The notes under the pieces were generated by a model that saw nothing but the letters and a program-made list of their open reading frames with translations, was not told the origin of the DNA and searched no databases. From Acidimicrobiales bacterium (lineage in GTDB: Bacteria > Actinomycetota > Acidimicrobiia > Acidimicrobiales > SZUA-35), in assembly GCA_024638815.1 (NCBI GenBank), contig JAHEJM010000003.1, positions 39,887-103,886 on the forward strand: DNA of 64,000 nt. Direction: 5' to 3'. A program made the position numbers and the translations under genes. Positions 25,700-34,854 of this stretch are shown piece after piece. Every line of letters begins with the position of its first letter. The first letter of the stretch is position 1.

Positions 25700-25880
25700 C
25701 GCACCCCATCGCAGATGGTGGCGGCCACCACCGGGGCCGACAGCACGCTCACCATCCGCCACGTGCGCGATCTGAAAGCGCTCGACATCTCGGTCAAAGC
25801 CAGATGCCACCCACCGTGGATGAAAGAACTCCTGCTCATCATCGCCCGGGGTCGATGCGGAACGTTGGCATGCACTGCCT
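25700..25880 (+). pseudogene. Internally deleted remnant of a DUF222/HNH endonuclease gene (derivative of the 19123-20352 type)
   Basis: It reads ...QMVAATTGA..TLTIRHVRDLKALD|ISVKARCHPPWMKELLLIIARGRC. The intact copy reads PQMVAARTGAK...LTLRHVRDLKALDKPR...(about 620 nt)...DVSVKARGFPPWMKEVLLVEGRGRC. The remnant therefore carries two internal deletions and a 3' truncation. Confidence 0.75.
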
Positions 25881-25897
25881 CCACGACCTGCCGGGGT

Positions 25898-26815
25898 TCA
25901 GGTCAAGTACTCCACCCCGGTCAGCTGGACCGACTGCTGCCACAGCCGCTGACCCACGTCGGCATCGCCGGCCTGAGGCTGCAGGTCGACTCGAACCGGA
26001 GAGCCCCTCATCTGGCGCCGGCCATCGGGACCGAAATAGTCGTTGGCCTCGACGTCGGGGTCGGTGGCCGCCCGCAAGGGGGGGAGGGCCCCGGCATCGG
26101 CACCCTGCAACGCCACTCGACCGACCAACTTGAGCGCGGCGTACACCGGTCCGGGAAGCCCATAGCCGGCCGACAGGTTGGTGGCCGAAATCCCGGGATG
26201 GGCCACCACCGCCATCACACCACCACCGTCTGCCTGCTGCCGGCGGTTGAGCTCGGCCGTGAACACCTGGTTGGCCAGCTTGGAGTTGGAGTAATAGGTC
26301 GACCGGTTGTAGTCATCGATCGAGGTGGGGTCGAACGTTGTCAGGTCACCGCCACCGGCGGCAAGGCTGGAGACGTTGACCACACGAGCGCCGTCGGAAT
26401 CGACCAGGTTCGGCCAGAGCAGACCGGTCAGGGCGAAGTGACCGAGATGATTCGTGGTCCACTGCAACTCGGCCCCCATCGACGTCAAACTCGCCGGCGG
26501 CATCATCACCCCGGCGTTGTTGATCAGCAGATCGAGCCGGCCGTGTTCCCGGCCGAACCAGGCCGCGAACTCCCGCACCGAGTCCATCGAGGCGAGATCC
26601 AGTTCACCCACGGCAACATCACCGGCGCCAGCACCGGAACCGGACAGCGACGCCGCCGCCTCTCGGCCCTTGTCGAGGTTGCGGCAGGCCATGATCACCG
26701 TGGCTCCGGCTGCCAGCAACCCCCCGGTCGTCTCCAGTCCGAGACCGCTGTTGGCCCCGGTCACGATGGCCACCCGGCCGCTCTGGTCGGGAGTGTCGGC
26801 CGTGGTCCAGCTCAT
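25898..26815 (-). CDS. Short-chain dehydrogenase/reductase (SDR)
   Basis: VTGANSGLGLETTGG (TGxxxGxG) and YSNSKLANQ (YxxxK). ATG 26815 overlaps the AlaX-like stop (ATGA). Confidence 0.85.
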   Translation of the reverse strand: MSWTTADTPDQSGRVAIVTGANSGLGLETTGGLLAAGATVIMACRNLDKGREAAASLSGSGAGAGDVAVGELDLASMDSVREFAAWFGREHGRLDLLINNAGVMMPPASLTSMGAELQWTTNHLGHFALTGLLWPNLVDSDGARVVNVSSLAAGGGDLTTFDPTSIDDYNRSTYYSNSKLANQVFTAELNRRQQADGGGVMAVVAHPGISATNLSAGYGLPGPVYAALKLVGRVALQGADAGALPPLRAATDPDVEANDYFGPDGRRQMRGSPVRVDLQPQAGDADVGQRLWQQSVQLTGVEYLT

Positions 26816-27513
26816 GAAAGCTCCATTCGCACTCGCTTGTTGCCCTTGCCCTTCGACTCGGTCTTGGTCACGGTGAAGGTGCCGACCTCGGCGGTGGAGG
26901 CGACGTGGGTGCCACCGTCGGCCTGCTTGTCCAACCCCACGATGTCGACCACCCGGATCTCCTGCACCGAATCGGGGATGAGGTTGACCTTGGTTCGGAT
27001 CAGGTCGTCGTCGGCCAGGGCCTCGGCCCGGGGCAGGAACGACACGTCGATCGTGCGGTCGGCGGCGATCTCGGCATTGACCAGCTCGGTGATGCGGTCG
27101 GCGAAGCCTCCGGGCAGGGGGTCGAACTCGAAGTCCATCCTGGCCTTGAGCGGCTCCATGTTGCCCCCGGTCACCGACACCCCCCATTCGTTCCAGATCA
27201 CCCCGCACAGGATGTGAAGTGCGGTATGGGTCCGCATCAGGGCGTGGCGCCGATCCCAGTCGATGACACCGGTGACCTCGTCGCCGACCGCCGGCACCGG
27301 ACCGTCGAGGGTGTGCCAGATCACCGAATCCTCCTTGCGTACGTTCACCACCGCCACGCCGTCCAGGGTGCCCGTGTCGTGGGGTTGGCCGCCCCCGGTG
27401 GGGTAGAAGGCGGTCCGATCCAGGGCGACCCGGGCCTCGTCCACATCGACCACGGTGGCCGTGAACTCTCGAAGATAGGCGTCGGTCAGGTACAGCAGCT
27501 CACTCATGGGCAT
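26812..27513 (-). CDS. AlaX-type alanyl-tRNA editing domain protein (tRNA_SAD)
   Basis: 233 aa. HTALHILCG (HxxxH) and DGGTHVAST (CxxxH-region equivalent). The start codon directly abuts the FtsX permease stop (TAGATG). Confidence 0.75.
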   Translation of the reverse strand: MPMSELLYLTDAYLREFTATVVDVDEARVALDRTAFYPTGGGQPHDTGTLDGVAVVNVRKEDSVIWHTLDGPVPAVGDEVTGVIDWDRRHALMRTHTALHILCGVIWNEWGVSVTGGNMEPLKARMDFEFDPLPGGFADRITELVNAEIAADRTIDVSFLPRAEALADDDLIRTKVNLIPDSVQEIRVVDIVGLDKQADGGTHVASTAEVGTFTVTKTESKGKGNKRVRMELS

Positions 27514-30048
27514 CTACTCATGGGCGATGGCGTCCAGCACGTTCAATCGGGCGGCCCGGGCCGCCGGGAAGTAGGCGGCGATGACGCCGAGGATGGCCCC
27601 CACCACCAGGTAGATCACCAGCTGGGTCCAGGGGATGGCCAGCCCGGTGATGTCGGGCACGGCGGTGACGGTGGCCCACCCCAGCAGCACGCCCATGATG
27701 ATGCCCAGCAGCGAGCCGAACACGGCCACGATCACGGCCTCCCACCGCACCGAGGCCCTCAGTTGGCTGCGGGTCATGCCCACCGCCCGCAGCAGGCCGA
27801 TCTCGCGAATACGCTCCAGAATCGACAGGGCCATGGTGTTGACGATGCCGAAGAACGCCACCACCAGGCACAACACCAACAGCCCGATCACGATGACCTG
27901 AAGCTGGCTGATCTGTTCCTCGGCCTCGGCCCGGAACTCGGAGTTGTCCTGCACCACTACTTGGGCCACGTCGGCCACGGCGGCCTCCACTGCGGTTCGG
28001 GCTGCGGTGATGTCAAAACCCTCGGCCAGGGTGATGCCGACAAAGCCGACATCGTCGCTGGCCACGTGCTCGCTGGACAGAGCCCGGTCGACGACGAATG
28101 GTGCACCGATGAACCCGTCCTCCTGGTAGATGGCCTCCACGGTCAGCTCGGTGACGAACCCGTCCTCGAACTCGACTTCCACTGACTGGCCGAGAACCAG
28201 CCCCAGCTCCTCGGCCCGGTCGCTGAGGACGGCGATCCCGCCGGTGCCGACGTCGATCGAACCCTGGCTCACGCCGACATTGACCACCTCGATCCCGGTT
28301 GCCGTTTCGTAGGCGGCCACGTCGCTGACCTCGCCGTCGACCCGGGCCTCGATGGTGGCGAAGCCGGCCACGGCGTCGACCTCGGGCAACTTCTCCAGCT
28401 CGTCCACCACCACCGCCGGGAAGGGCAGACCCTGGTTCTCCTCGAACACGAAGAGGTCGGCCACAATGGCCTCCTCCAGCAGCTGGTCGAAGGTCCGCAG
28501 CAGCGACGCCGTCAGCACCGCCACTCCGCTGATCAGGGCCAGGCCGATCATGAGGGCGGTGGCGGTGGTGGCGGTGCGTTGAGGATGCCGACTGGCGTTC
28601 TCCCGGGCCAGGCGGCCGGTAACACCCTTGACCTTTTCGATCGGGTAGCCCAGCACTTCGCCCAGAGGTTCGGCGAACAGGGCGCTGAGCATGGAGACGC
28701 CGAGGAAACTCAGCCCCCCGCCCACGCCGATGGCGGCCAGCCGTTCCGCCGTGCCGTCGATGTCGGCGAACAGTCCGAAGCCGAGCAGAATCAAGCCGGG
28801 AAGGATGACGGCACTGCCACTCACGACCCGGAAAAGCATGGACCGCTCCTTGCGGCCGCCGTCCCGCACGGCCTCCAGGGGCGACACCCGCGACGCCCGG
28901 AAGGCGGGAATGAGGGCCGAGGCCAGGGTGACCAGCAGTCCGACCACCACGACGACATAGATGGTACGGGGCTGGATCTCCAGGGGACCGTCGGGGAACG
29001 CTCCGCCGGCGGTACTGAACAGCTGCTTGAGCAGCCAGGCCACACCGATGCCGCCGAACAGCCCGGCCACGGCGGCCACCAGCCCGATGATGGCGGCCTC
29101 GATCAGCATCATGGTCCGCACCTGGGCGGCGCTGGCCCCGATGGAGCGCAGTAGCCCGAGCTGGCGAGTGCGCTGGCCGACCAGGATGGCGAAGGTGTTG
29201 TAGATGATGAAGATGCTGACGAACAGCACCACGATGGCGAATCCGAGCAGCACGTTGCCGATGAGGTCGATGACGGTGCCGAACTCCTCCTCCTGATCGG
29301 CGATCACGTCCTCGGCCGACCGGGCCTCGAGACCCTCGGGGATGACGGCGTCCAGAGCGGTCAGGAGAGTGTCGGTGTCGGTGCCCGGTGCGGCCGCCAC
29401 CACGATGGAGTCGACCTGGCCTTCCAGCTCGAGGATGCGCTGGGTGGTCGCCAGATCGAACAGGTTGAAGTAGGAGCCACCGGCCCCGCCCTCACCGAAG
29501 TCGATGAGTGCGCTCAGGGTGAACTCCTCCGGTTGACCGGTGGGCAGGGCCACGGTGAGGGTGTCACCGATCTCGAAACCGGCGGTGTCGGCCTGAAGCT
29601 GGTCGATGGCAATCTCCTGGCCCGCCGGGGCCTCGCCCCCGAGCAGGGTGAAGGCCGACACCGGGCTCGGTCCACCCCACGACGAGGTGAACACGGGCGG
29701 GCCCAACGGTCGGTTCACCTCACCTTCGTCGTCCAAGGTGTAGGTCTGCTCGAAGGCGAACAACCCGCCCTCGGCATATTCCACCTCGTCCAGGGCCCGG
29801 ATGTCCTCGGTCAGGGCGCCGTCGAATCGCGGCAGATCGAACCCGGAGCTCAGTTCCGGCTCGACGGCCTGGACCTGGGCATCGATGCCGGCGAAAATGT
29901 CCTCGCTGACCTGGCTGAACACGGCACGCAGGCTGTCGGCCAACACGAATGAGCCGGAGACAAAGGCCACTCCGATGAACACCGAGGCCAGGGTCAACAG
30001 CAGGCGGCCGAGGTTGGCGGCAATACCGCGCCGAACGAGCTTGAACAC
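27514..30048 (-). CDS. ABC transporter permease with two FtsX domains (MacB/DevC-like)
   Basis: 844 aa. Two blocks of 4 TM segments, each followed or preceded by a large extracytoplasmic domain. Motifs LLRSIGASAAQV and LLRAVGMTRSQL are typical of FtsX. Confidence 0.85.
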   Translation of the reverse strand: MFKLVRRGIAANLGRLLLTLASVFIGVAFVSGSFVLADSLRAVFSQVSEDIFAGIDAQVQAVEPELSSGFDLPRFDGALTEDIRALDEVEYAEGGLFAFEQTYTLDDEGEVNRPLGPPVFTSSWGGPSPVSAFTLLGGEAPAGQEIAIDQLQADTAGFEIGDTLTVALPTGQPEEFTLSALIDFGEGGAGGSYFNLFDLATTQRILELEGQVDSIVVAAAPGTDTDTLLTALDAVIPEGLEARSAEDVIADQEEEFGTVIDLIGNVLLGFAIVVLFVSIFIIYNTFAILVGQRTRQLGLLRSIGASAAQVRTMMLIEAAIIGLVAAVAGLFGGIGVAWLLKQLFSTAGGAFPDGPLEIQPRTIYVVVVVGLLVTLASALIPAFRASRVSPLEAVRDGGRKERSMLFRVVSGSAVILPGLILLGFGLFADIDGTAERLAAIGVGGGLSFLGVSMLSALFAEPLGEVLGYPIEKVKGVTGRLARENASRHPQRTATTATALMIGLALISGVAVLTASLLRTFDQLLEEAIVADLFVFEENQGLPFPAVVVDELEKLPEVDAVAGFATIEARVDGEVSDVAAYETATGIEVVNVGVSQGSIDVGTGGIAVLSDRAEELGLVLGQSVEVEFEDGFVTELTVEAIYQEDGFIGAPFVVDRALSSEHVASDDVGFVGITLAEGFDITAARTAVEAAVADVAQVVVQDNSEFRAEAEEQISQLQVIVIGLLVLCLVVAFFGIVNTMALSILERIREIGLLRAVGMTRSQLRASVRWEAVIVAVFGSLLGIIMGVLLGWATVTAVPDITGLAIPWTQLVIYLVVGAILGVIAAYFPAARAARLNVLDAIAHE

Positions 30049-30057
30049 GGCCCCTCC

Positions 30058-30816
30058 TCAGTGTCCGAGGTCGCGGATGGCGTCGAGCACCGAATCCGTG
30101 GTGGGGGCGAACAGCTCGTGCACGATCTTGCCATCGTCCAGGAACAGAACCCGGTCGGCGTAGGAGGCCGAGATGGGATCGTGGGTGACCATGACGATGG
30201 ACTGACCCAGCTCGTCGACGGCCGAGCGCATGAAGGTCAGGATCTCCGACGAGGTGCGGGAATCCAGGTTGCCGGTGGGCTCGTCACCGAAGACCATGTC
30301 GGGTCGGGTGGCCAGGGCCCGGGCCACCGCCACCCGCTGTTGCTGACCTCCGGACAATTCGTTCGGTCGGTGGGTGACCCGGTCACTCAGCCCCACGGCG
30401 TCGATGACCTCGTCGACCCAGGCGTCGTCGATATCACCCCCACCCAGATCCAGCGGCAAGGTGATGTTCTCCCTGGCGTTGAGCGTTGGCACCAGGTTGT
30501 AGGCCTGGAAGATGAAGCCCACCTTTTCCCGCCGGAGCCGGGTCAGCTCCTTGTCGTTCAGCGTCGAGATGGCGACATCACCGATGTAGGCTTCGCCCCC
30601 GGTCAGCCGGTCGAGGCCGGCCATGCAATGCATGAGGGTGGACTTGCCCGAGCCGGACGGACCCATGATGGCGGTGAACCGACCCCGCTCGAAGCCGACG
30701 TTGACGCCGCGCAGGGCGTGGACCTCGGTATCGCCGGAGCCGTAGACCTTGATGGCATCGACGGCCCGGGCGGCCATGGTGGCGGAGATGGTGGGAGAGG
30801 TAGTGGGCATGGACAC
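30058..30816 (-). CDS. ABC transporter ATP-binding protein (MacB/LolD-type)
   Basis: Walker [10 protein letters not shown], signature [15 protein letters not shown], Walker [13 protein letters not shown]. Confidence 0.9.
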   Translation of the reverse strand: MSMPTTSPTISATMAARAVDAIKVYGSGDTEVHALRGVNVGFERGRFTAIMGPSGSGKSTLMHCMAGLDRLTGGEAYIGDVAISTLNDKELTRLRREKVGFIFQAYNLVPTLNARENITLPLDLGGGDIDDAWVDEVIDAVGLSDRVTHRPNELSGGQQQRVAVARALATRPDMVFGDEPTGNLDSRTSSEILTFMRSAVDELGQSIVMVTHDPISASYADRVLFLDDGKIVHELFAPTTDSVLDAIRDLGH

Positions 30817-30833
30817 AGAGACAGCCTATTCAT

Positions 30834-30917
30834 AGTGTTCGCCGACGGGGCGGCTCACCTCGAGTTTGGCCTCCGGCCAAACGTCGCCGAGACTTGACTC
30901 ACTCGTGAACGTCCAAT
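30834..30917 (+). promoter_or_regulatory. Conserved intergenic element, copy B: palindrome GTTTGGCC-N3-GGCCAAAC plus GAGAC-N16-CGTCC, in the divergent ABC/crotonase promoter region
   Basis: See copy A. The palindrome lies at 30864-30882, GAGAC at 30889-30893 and CGTCC at 30910-30914, 34 nt before ATG 30948. Confidence 0.5.
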
Positions 30918-30947
30918 CCGCCATGCGAAACTAGGATTGGCGACATC

Positions 30948-31634
30948 ATGCTTACAACACAACAGCACGACGATGCCGTGGTGGCCCGGTGGGACGACGG
31001 CGGCGTCAATGCCGTGAACCACGACACCCTGGCCGGACTGGGCCGCACCCTGGATGACGCCGTCGAGGCCGAACTCCCGTTGGTCATCCTGGGCCGGGAC
31101 CGGATTCTCAGCAGTGGCTTCGACCTGAAGATCTTCGAGCAGGGAATGAAGGCGACGGCCGACCTGGTCGAAGCCGGGGCCCGCCTTCTCCACCGTATGG
31201 TGTCGGCCCCGGTGCCGGTCATCATCGGGTCCACCGGCCACGCCGTGGCCATGGGGGCGCTGTTGCTCATGGCCGCCGACCGCCGTGTCGGCGTCGACGG
31301 GCGCTTCAAGGTGGGGCTCAACGAGGTGGCCATCGGCATGGGCCTGCCCCGCTTCGCCGTGACCCTGGCCGAGGATCGCCTGTCCACGCGCCACCTGCTG
31401 GCCGCCACGGCCTTTGCCCGTGTCTACACCCCCTCGGAGGCCGTCGACGCCGGCTATCTCGACGCCGTGGTCGATGCCGGCGAGCTGGAGACGGCCGTCA
31501 TGGCCGAAGCCGCGGCTGCGGCGAAGCTCCACCGGGGCGCCTTCGCCGCCACCAAGGCCCGGGTACGGGGACCTCTGGCCGACAAACTGGATGCCGCCAT
31601 CTTCGCCGATCGGACCGACCTGGCCGGCGAGTGA
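30948..31634 (+). CDS. Enoyl-CoA hydratase/isomerase (crotonase) family protein
   Basis: 228 aa. GVNAVNHDTL, LSSGFDLK and TGHAVAMGALLLMAADRRV follow the crotonase pattern. Confidence 0.8.
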   Translation: MLTTQQHDDAVVARWDDGGVNAVNHDTLAGLGRTLDDAVEAELPLVILGRDRILSSGFDLKIFEQGMKATADLVEAGARLLHRMVSAPVPVIIGSTGHAVAMGALLLMAADRRVGVDGRFKVGLNEVAIGMGLPRFAVTLAEDRLSTRHLLAATAFARVYTPSEAVDAGYLDAVVDAGELETAVMAEAAAAAKLHRGAFAATKARVRGPLADKLDAAIFADRTDLAGE

Positions 31635-31716
31635 AAGAAAGTTCACGGGCACTGTCCAGAACCGGTCCGTTCGTTCGACGTAGGGGCACCAATCCCAAAA
31701 CAGGAGAGTACCTGAC

Positions 31717-32076
31717 ATGCGATATCTGCTTCTTCTCTACAGTGCGCCTGGCGCCGGTCCTTCATCCGACTCGCCCGAAGCGGCGGCAGAGATGCAGGAA
31801 TGGTTCGCCTACACCCAGAAGCTTGCCGACTCCGGGGCCTTGCTCGGGGGTGAGCCCCTGCATCCGGTGGAATCGGCCACCACGGTCCGGATCCGTGACG
31901 GCGAGACGTTGCACACCGACGGTCCTTTCGCCGAGACCAAGGAAACGCTGGGTGGTTTCTACATGATCGACGTGGAGACCCTGGACGAGGCCCTGGATTG
32001 GGCGGCCAAGATCCCCAACGTCGGCTACGGCTCGGTTGAGGTGCGGCCCATCATGGAGATGCCGGCCCAGGCGTGA
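31717..32076 (+). CDS. YCII/DGPF-domain protein
   Basis: MRYLLLLY...TDGPFAETKETLGGFYMIDV...AAKIP is the classical YCII-related motif set. Confidence 0.85.
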   Translation: MRYLLLLYSAPGAGPSSDSPEAAAEMQEWFAYTQKLADSGALLGGEPLHPVESATTVRIRDGETLHTDGPFAETKETLGGFYMIDVETLDEALDWAAKIPNVGYGSVEVRPIMEMPAQA

Positions 32077-32085
32077 TCCAGTGAC

Positions 32086-33318
32086 ATGACCCAGTCGATC
32101 GTCGCCCAGGTCTTCGCCCGGGAGTGGCCCAAGCTGGTGGCCATTCTCGTGCGGGAGCTGGGCGACATCGAGTTGGCGGAGGATTCGGCCCAGCAGGCCT
32201 TCACCGAGGCCGCCGCCACCTGGGGGCCGGAGAACACCCCGACAACGCCCGGGGCCTGGCTGTTGACGACGGCCCGGCGGCGGGCCGTCGACTCCATACG
32301 CCGTTCGGCCACCATGCGGGACAAGATGTCGCACCTGGTGCCCGATCCCGATGCCGACCCCCCGAGTTCACATCAGCTGATGGACGATCAGCTGGCGCTC
32401 ATCTTCGGCTGCTGCCACCCCGCCCTCGGACCCGAAGCTCAGGTGGCGGTCACCCTGAGGGAGGTGTGCGGGCTGTCGACCCGCCAAATAGGGGCCGCCT
32501 TCTTCACCACCGAGGCCACCATGGCCAAACGCCTGGTGCGGGCCAAGACCAAGATCCGACAGGCTGGCATCCCGTTCACCGTGCCCGACCGGACCCGGCT
32601 GGCCGAGCGCCTTGATGCCGTACTGGCCGTCATCTACCTCATCTTCACCGAGGGCCACGCCGCCGCCGACGGGCCGGCCCTCATACGCGGTGATCTGTGC
32701 GATGAGGCCCGATGGTTGGCCGACCTGGTGGCCGACCTGCTGCCCGATCAGGCCGAGGCGTGGGGGCTGTCGGCCCTCATCAACCTGACCGACTCCCGCC
32801 GCTCGGCCCGGGTGGACGGCGGCGGCAGACCGGTCCTGCTGGCCGATCAGGACCGCAGCCTGTGGGACCGGACACTGATCGCCGAGGGTCGACGCCGGCT
32901 GCGCCATGCCGACACGTGCGATGACGTCGGTCCCTACCAGCTGCAGGCCGCCATCGCCCTGGTCCACGCCTCGGCCGACTCCGACCGTGCCACCCACTGG
33001 ACCACCATCGTCGGCCTGTACGACCGTCTGTTGCAGTACGAGCCGACGGCGGTGGTGGCGCTGAACCGGGCCGCCGCCGTGTCCCAGGCGTGGGGGCCTC
33101 AGGCCGGGCTGGATGCCCTCGACGCCTTGACCAGCGGTGACGGCGCCGCCGGCCGGAACCTGGAGTCGTACCGCTACTACCACGCCGCCCGGGCCGATAT
33201 GCTACGGCGCCTTGATCGTCATTCCGAGGCCGCCGTGGCCTACGCCCGGGCCCTGGAACTGACCACCAACGAAGGCGAGCGTCATTTCCTGCGGTCCCGC
33301 ATCGACCTGTGTCGGTGA
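32086..33318 (+). CDS. ECF-type RNA polymerase sigma factor with an extended C-terminal (TPR-like/DUF6596-like) domain
   Basis: Region 2: PGAWLLTTARRRAVDSIRR. Region 4: VTLREVCGLSTRQIGAAFFTTEATMAKRLVRAKTKI. About 230 aa of helical C-terminal extension. Pairing with a YCII gene is a common arrangement. Confidence 0.8.
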   Translation: MTQSIVAQVFAREWPKLVAILVRELGDIELAEDSAQQAFTEAAATWGPENTPTTPGAWLLTTARRRAVDSIRRSATMRDKMSHLVPDPDADPPSSHQLMDDQLALIFGCCHPALGPEAQVAVTLREVCGLSTRQIGAAFFTTEATMAKRLVRAKTKIRQAGIPFTVPDRTRLAERLDAVLAVIYLIFTEGHAAADGPALIRGDLCDEARWLADLVADLLPDQAEAWGLSALINLTDSRRSARVDGGGRPVLLADQDRSLWDRTLIAEGRRRLRHADTCDDVGPYQLQAAIALVHASADSDRATHWTTIVGLYDRLLQYEPTAVVALNRAAAVSQAWGPQAGLDALDALTSGDGAAGRNLESYRYYHAARADMLRRLDRHSEAAVAYARALELTTNEGERHFLRSRIDLCR

Positions 33319-33331
33319 TAGAACAGGAGAC

Positions 33332-33634
33332 GTGATCCGTCGCCTGCGCACGATGTCGATCGTGGAAGCCGTCACCTACCTCGGGTTGGTGGCGGCCACC
33401 GTTGTCAAGTACACGACCGGCGACGAGCGTGGAGTGGAGATCCTGGGCCCCATCCACGGCGTGCTGTTCCTGGTGTTCGCCGGCCTGCTGTTGATCCACT
33501 ATGACGACATGGGCTGGCCGTGGTGGAAGGCATTCCTGGCCATGATCATCGGCTCCCTACCCTTCGGCGGTTTCTGGGTCGAGCGCCAATGGTTGGCCCC
33601 GCTGGCCCACCTGGATCATGATCTGATCACATGA
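33332..33634 (+). CDS. DUF3817-like small membrane protein
   Basis: 100 aa. LRTMSIVEAVTYLGLV...GPIHGVLFLVF...LPFGGFWVE. Confidence 0.7.
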   Translation: MIRRLRTMSIVEAVTYLGLVAATVVKYTTGDERGVEILGPIHGVLFLVFAGLLLIHYDDMGWPWWKAFLAMIIGSLPFGGFWVERQWLAPLAHLDHDLIT

Positions 33635-34770
33635 CCGCTCCATCGGATCCGCCGTTCCGGTTCTACGACAACCGCCAGAAATACCTGACCTTCGTTCACA
33701 CCTGCAATGAGAAGTGGCGGGTGGCGGAACGGGTGGCCCAGCTGCTGCCCGGGCTGGCACCGAAACCGCCGGCGTTGAAGATCCTGGACGCCGGGGTGGG
33801 GGACGGCACGATTCTGTCCCATGTGCTGGCGGCCATGCACGCTCAGTACCCGACCGTTCCGTTCCATGCCGTGGGCAAGGAGATCAGCCTGGAGGATGTC
33901 CGGCTCACCCTGAACCGCATGGCCAACCGGTTCGTCGAGCATCCGCCGCTGGTGGTCACGCTGACCAACATGCACTACTCGGAGGCGCCCGGCCTGCGCC
34001 CCAACACCGAGGCCAAACGGGACGCCATGGTCTTCGAGGTCGTGGAACTGACCGGTACATCGTCGTACGAGTTCGGCAACCAGATCCGGGATCTCGAAGG
34101 GTTCCTGGCCAAGCACTGGAAGGTACGGACCAGCGAGAAGACGGGCAACCCGCTGTATGTGACACCGACCGTGCTGGTGCTGCACCGGGCCGACCAGCGC
34201 ATCGCGCTGGACCACGTGATTCCCCGCCGCTGTGACGAGGCGGAGTGCGATCCCGACTTCGACCTGGTGCTAGCCTGCCAGCCGTGGCGGTCCCGGGTGT
34301 CGGCCGAATTCAAGGCGAAGCGGGTCCTGGGTCCGCTGGTCCGGGCGTTGGGTCCCAACGGACTGCTGTTCGGCGTCCAGTCGTGGGGCGGGGATCCGGG
34401 GGTGGAGATCATCCGCTCGATCTGGCCTGACGAGAACCCGTTCCCGGTCGACCGCTACGCCCTGCTGGCGGCGCTGCGGGAGGAGCTGGGGGAGGCCCAG
34501 GACGCCTTCGTGCTCGACCCACTGGACGATGAAGCGTCCCGTATCGTGTTCAACCTCCACACCATGCCGGGCCGGCTGGCCGACAACATCGGTACATCGA
34601 CGCTGTTCGCCGCCTGGAACGCCGCAACCTATGTGGCCCAGATCGAGGACGACAGGGTAGAGAACGCCACGTTGAGCGGCTCGTACTTCGAGGCCGTGTC
34701 CGAGGTGCTGCGCCGCCATGGCGAACTGTGGTTCAACGATGAGACCTTTCTGGTCCGTCGCCGTCGCTAG
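33631..34770 (+). CDS. Hypothetical protein with a SAM-methyltransferase-like motif I (atypical, 379 aa)
   Basis: ATGA overlap with the DUF3817 gene. LKILDAGVGDGTILSHVL resembles motif I. The rest is not recognisable to me. Confidence 0.55.
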   Translation: MTAPSDPPFRFYDNRQKYLTFVHTCNEKWRVAERVAQLLPGLAPKPPALKILDAGVGDGTILSHVLAAMHAQYPTVPFHAVGKEISLEDVRLTLNRMANRFVEHPPLVVTLTNMHYSEAPGLRPNTEAKRDAMVFEVVELTGTSSYEFGNQIRDLEGFLAKHWKVRTSEKTGNPLYVTPTVLVLHRADQRIALDHVIPRRCDEAECDPDFDLVLACQPWRSRVSAEFKAKRVLGPLVRALGPNGLLFGVQSWGGDPGVEIIRSIWPDENPFPVDRYALLAALREELGEAQDAFVLDPLDDEASRIVFNLHTMPGRLADNIGTSTLFAAWNAATYVAQIEDDRVENATLSGSYFEAVSEVLRRHGELWFNDETFLVRRRR

Positions 34771-34854
34771 CTTCAAGCCGTCGTGAGCTCCGAGCTCTGA
34801 GGAAAGGAAATCGGAATCGGGGATACGGTTGGGCGCCACGTACGTCAGGTACAG

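Noticed and set aside
34806-34830. GGAAA-N17-GTT upstream of the ECF sigma gene at 34855, considered as an autoregulatory SigH-like promoter.
   Set aside because: The match is to a loose pattern only, in a GGAA-rich stretch. The cognate anti-sigma is not ZAS-type, so the match could easily be chance.
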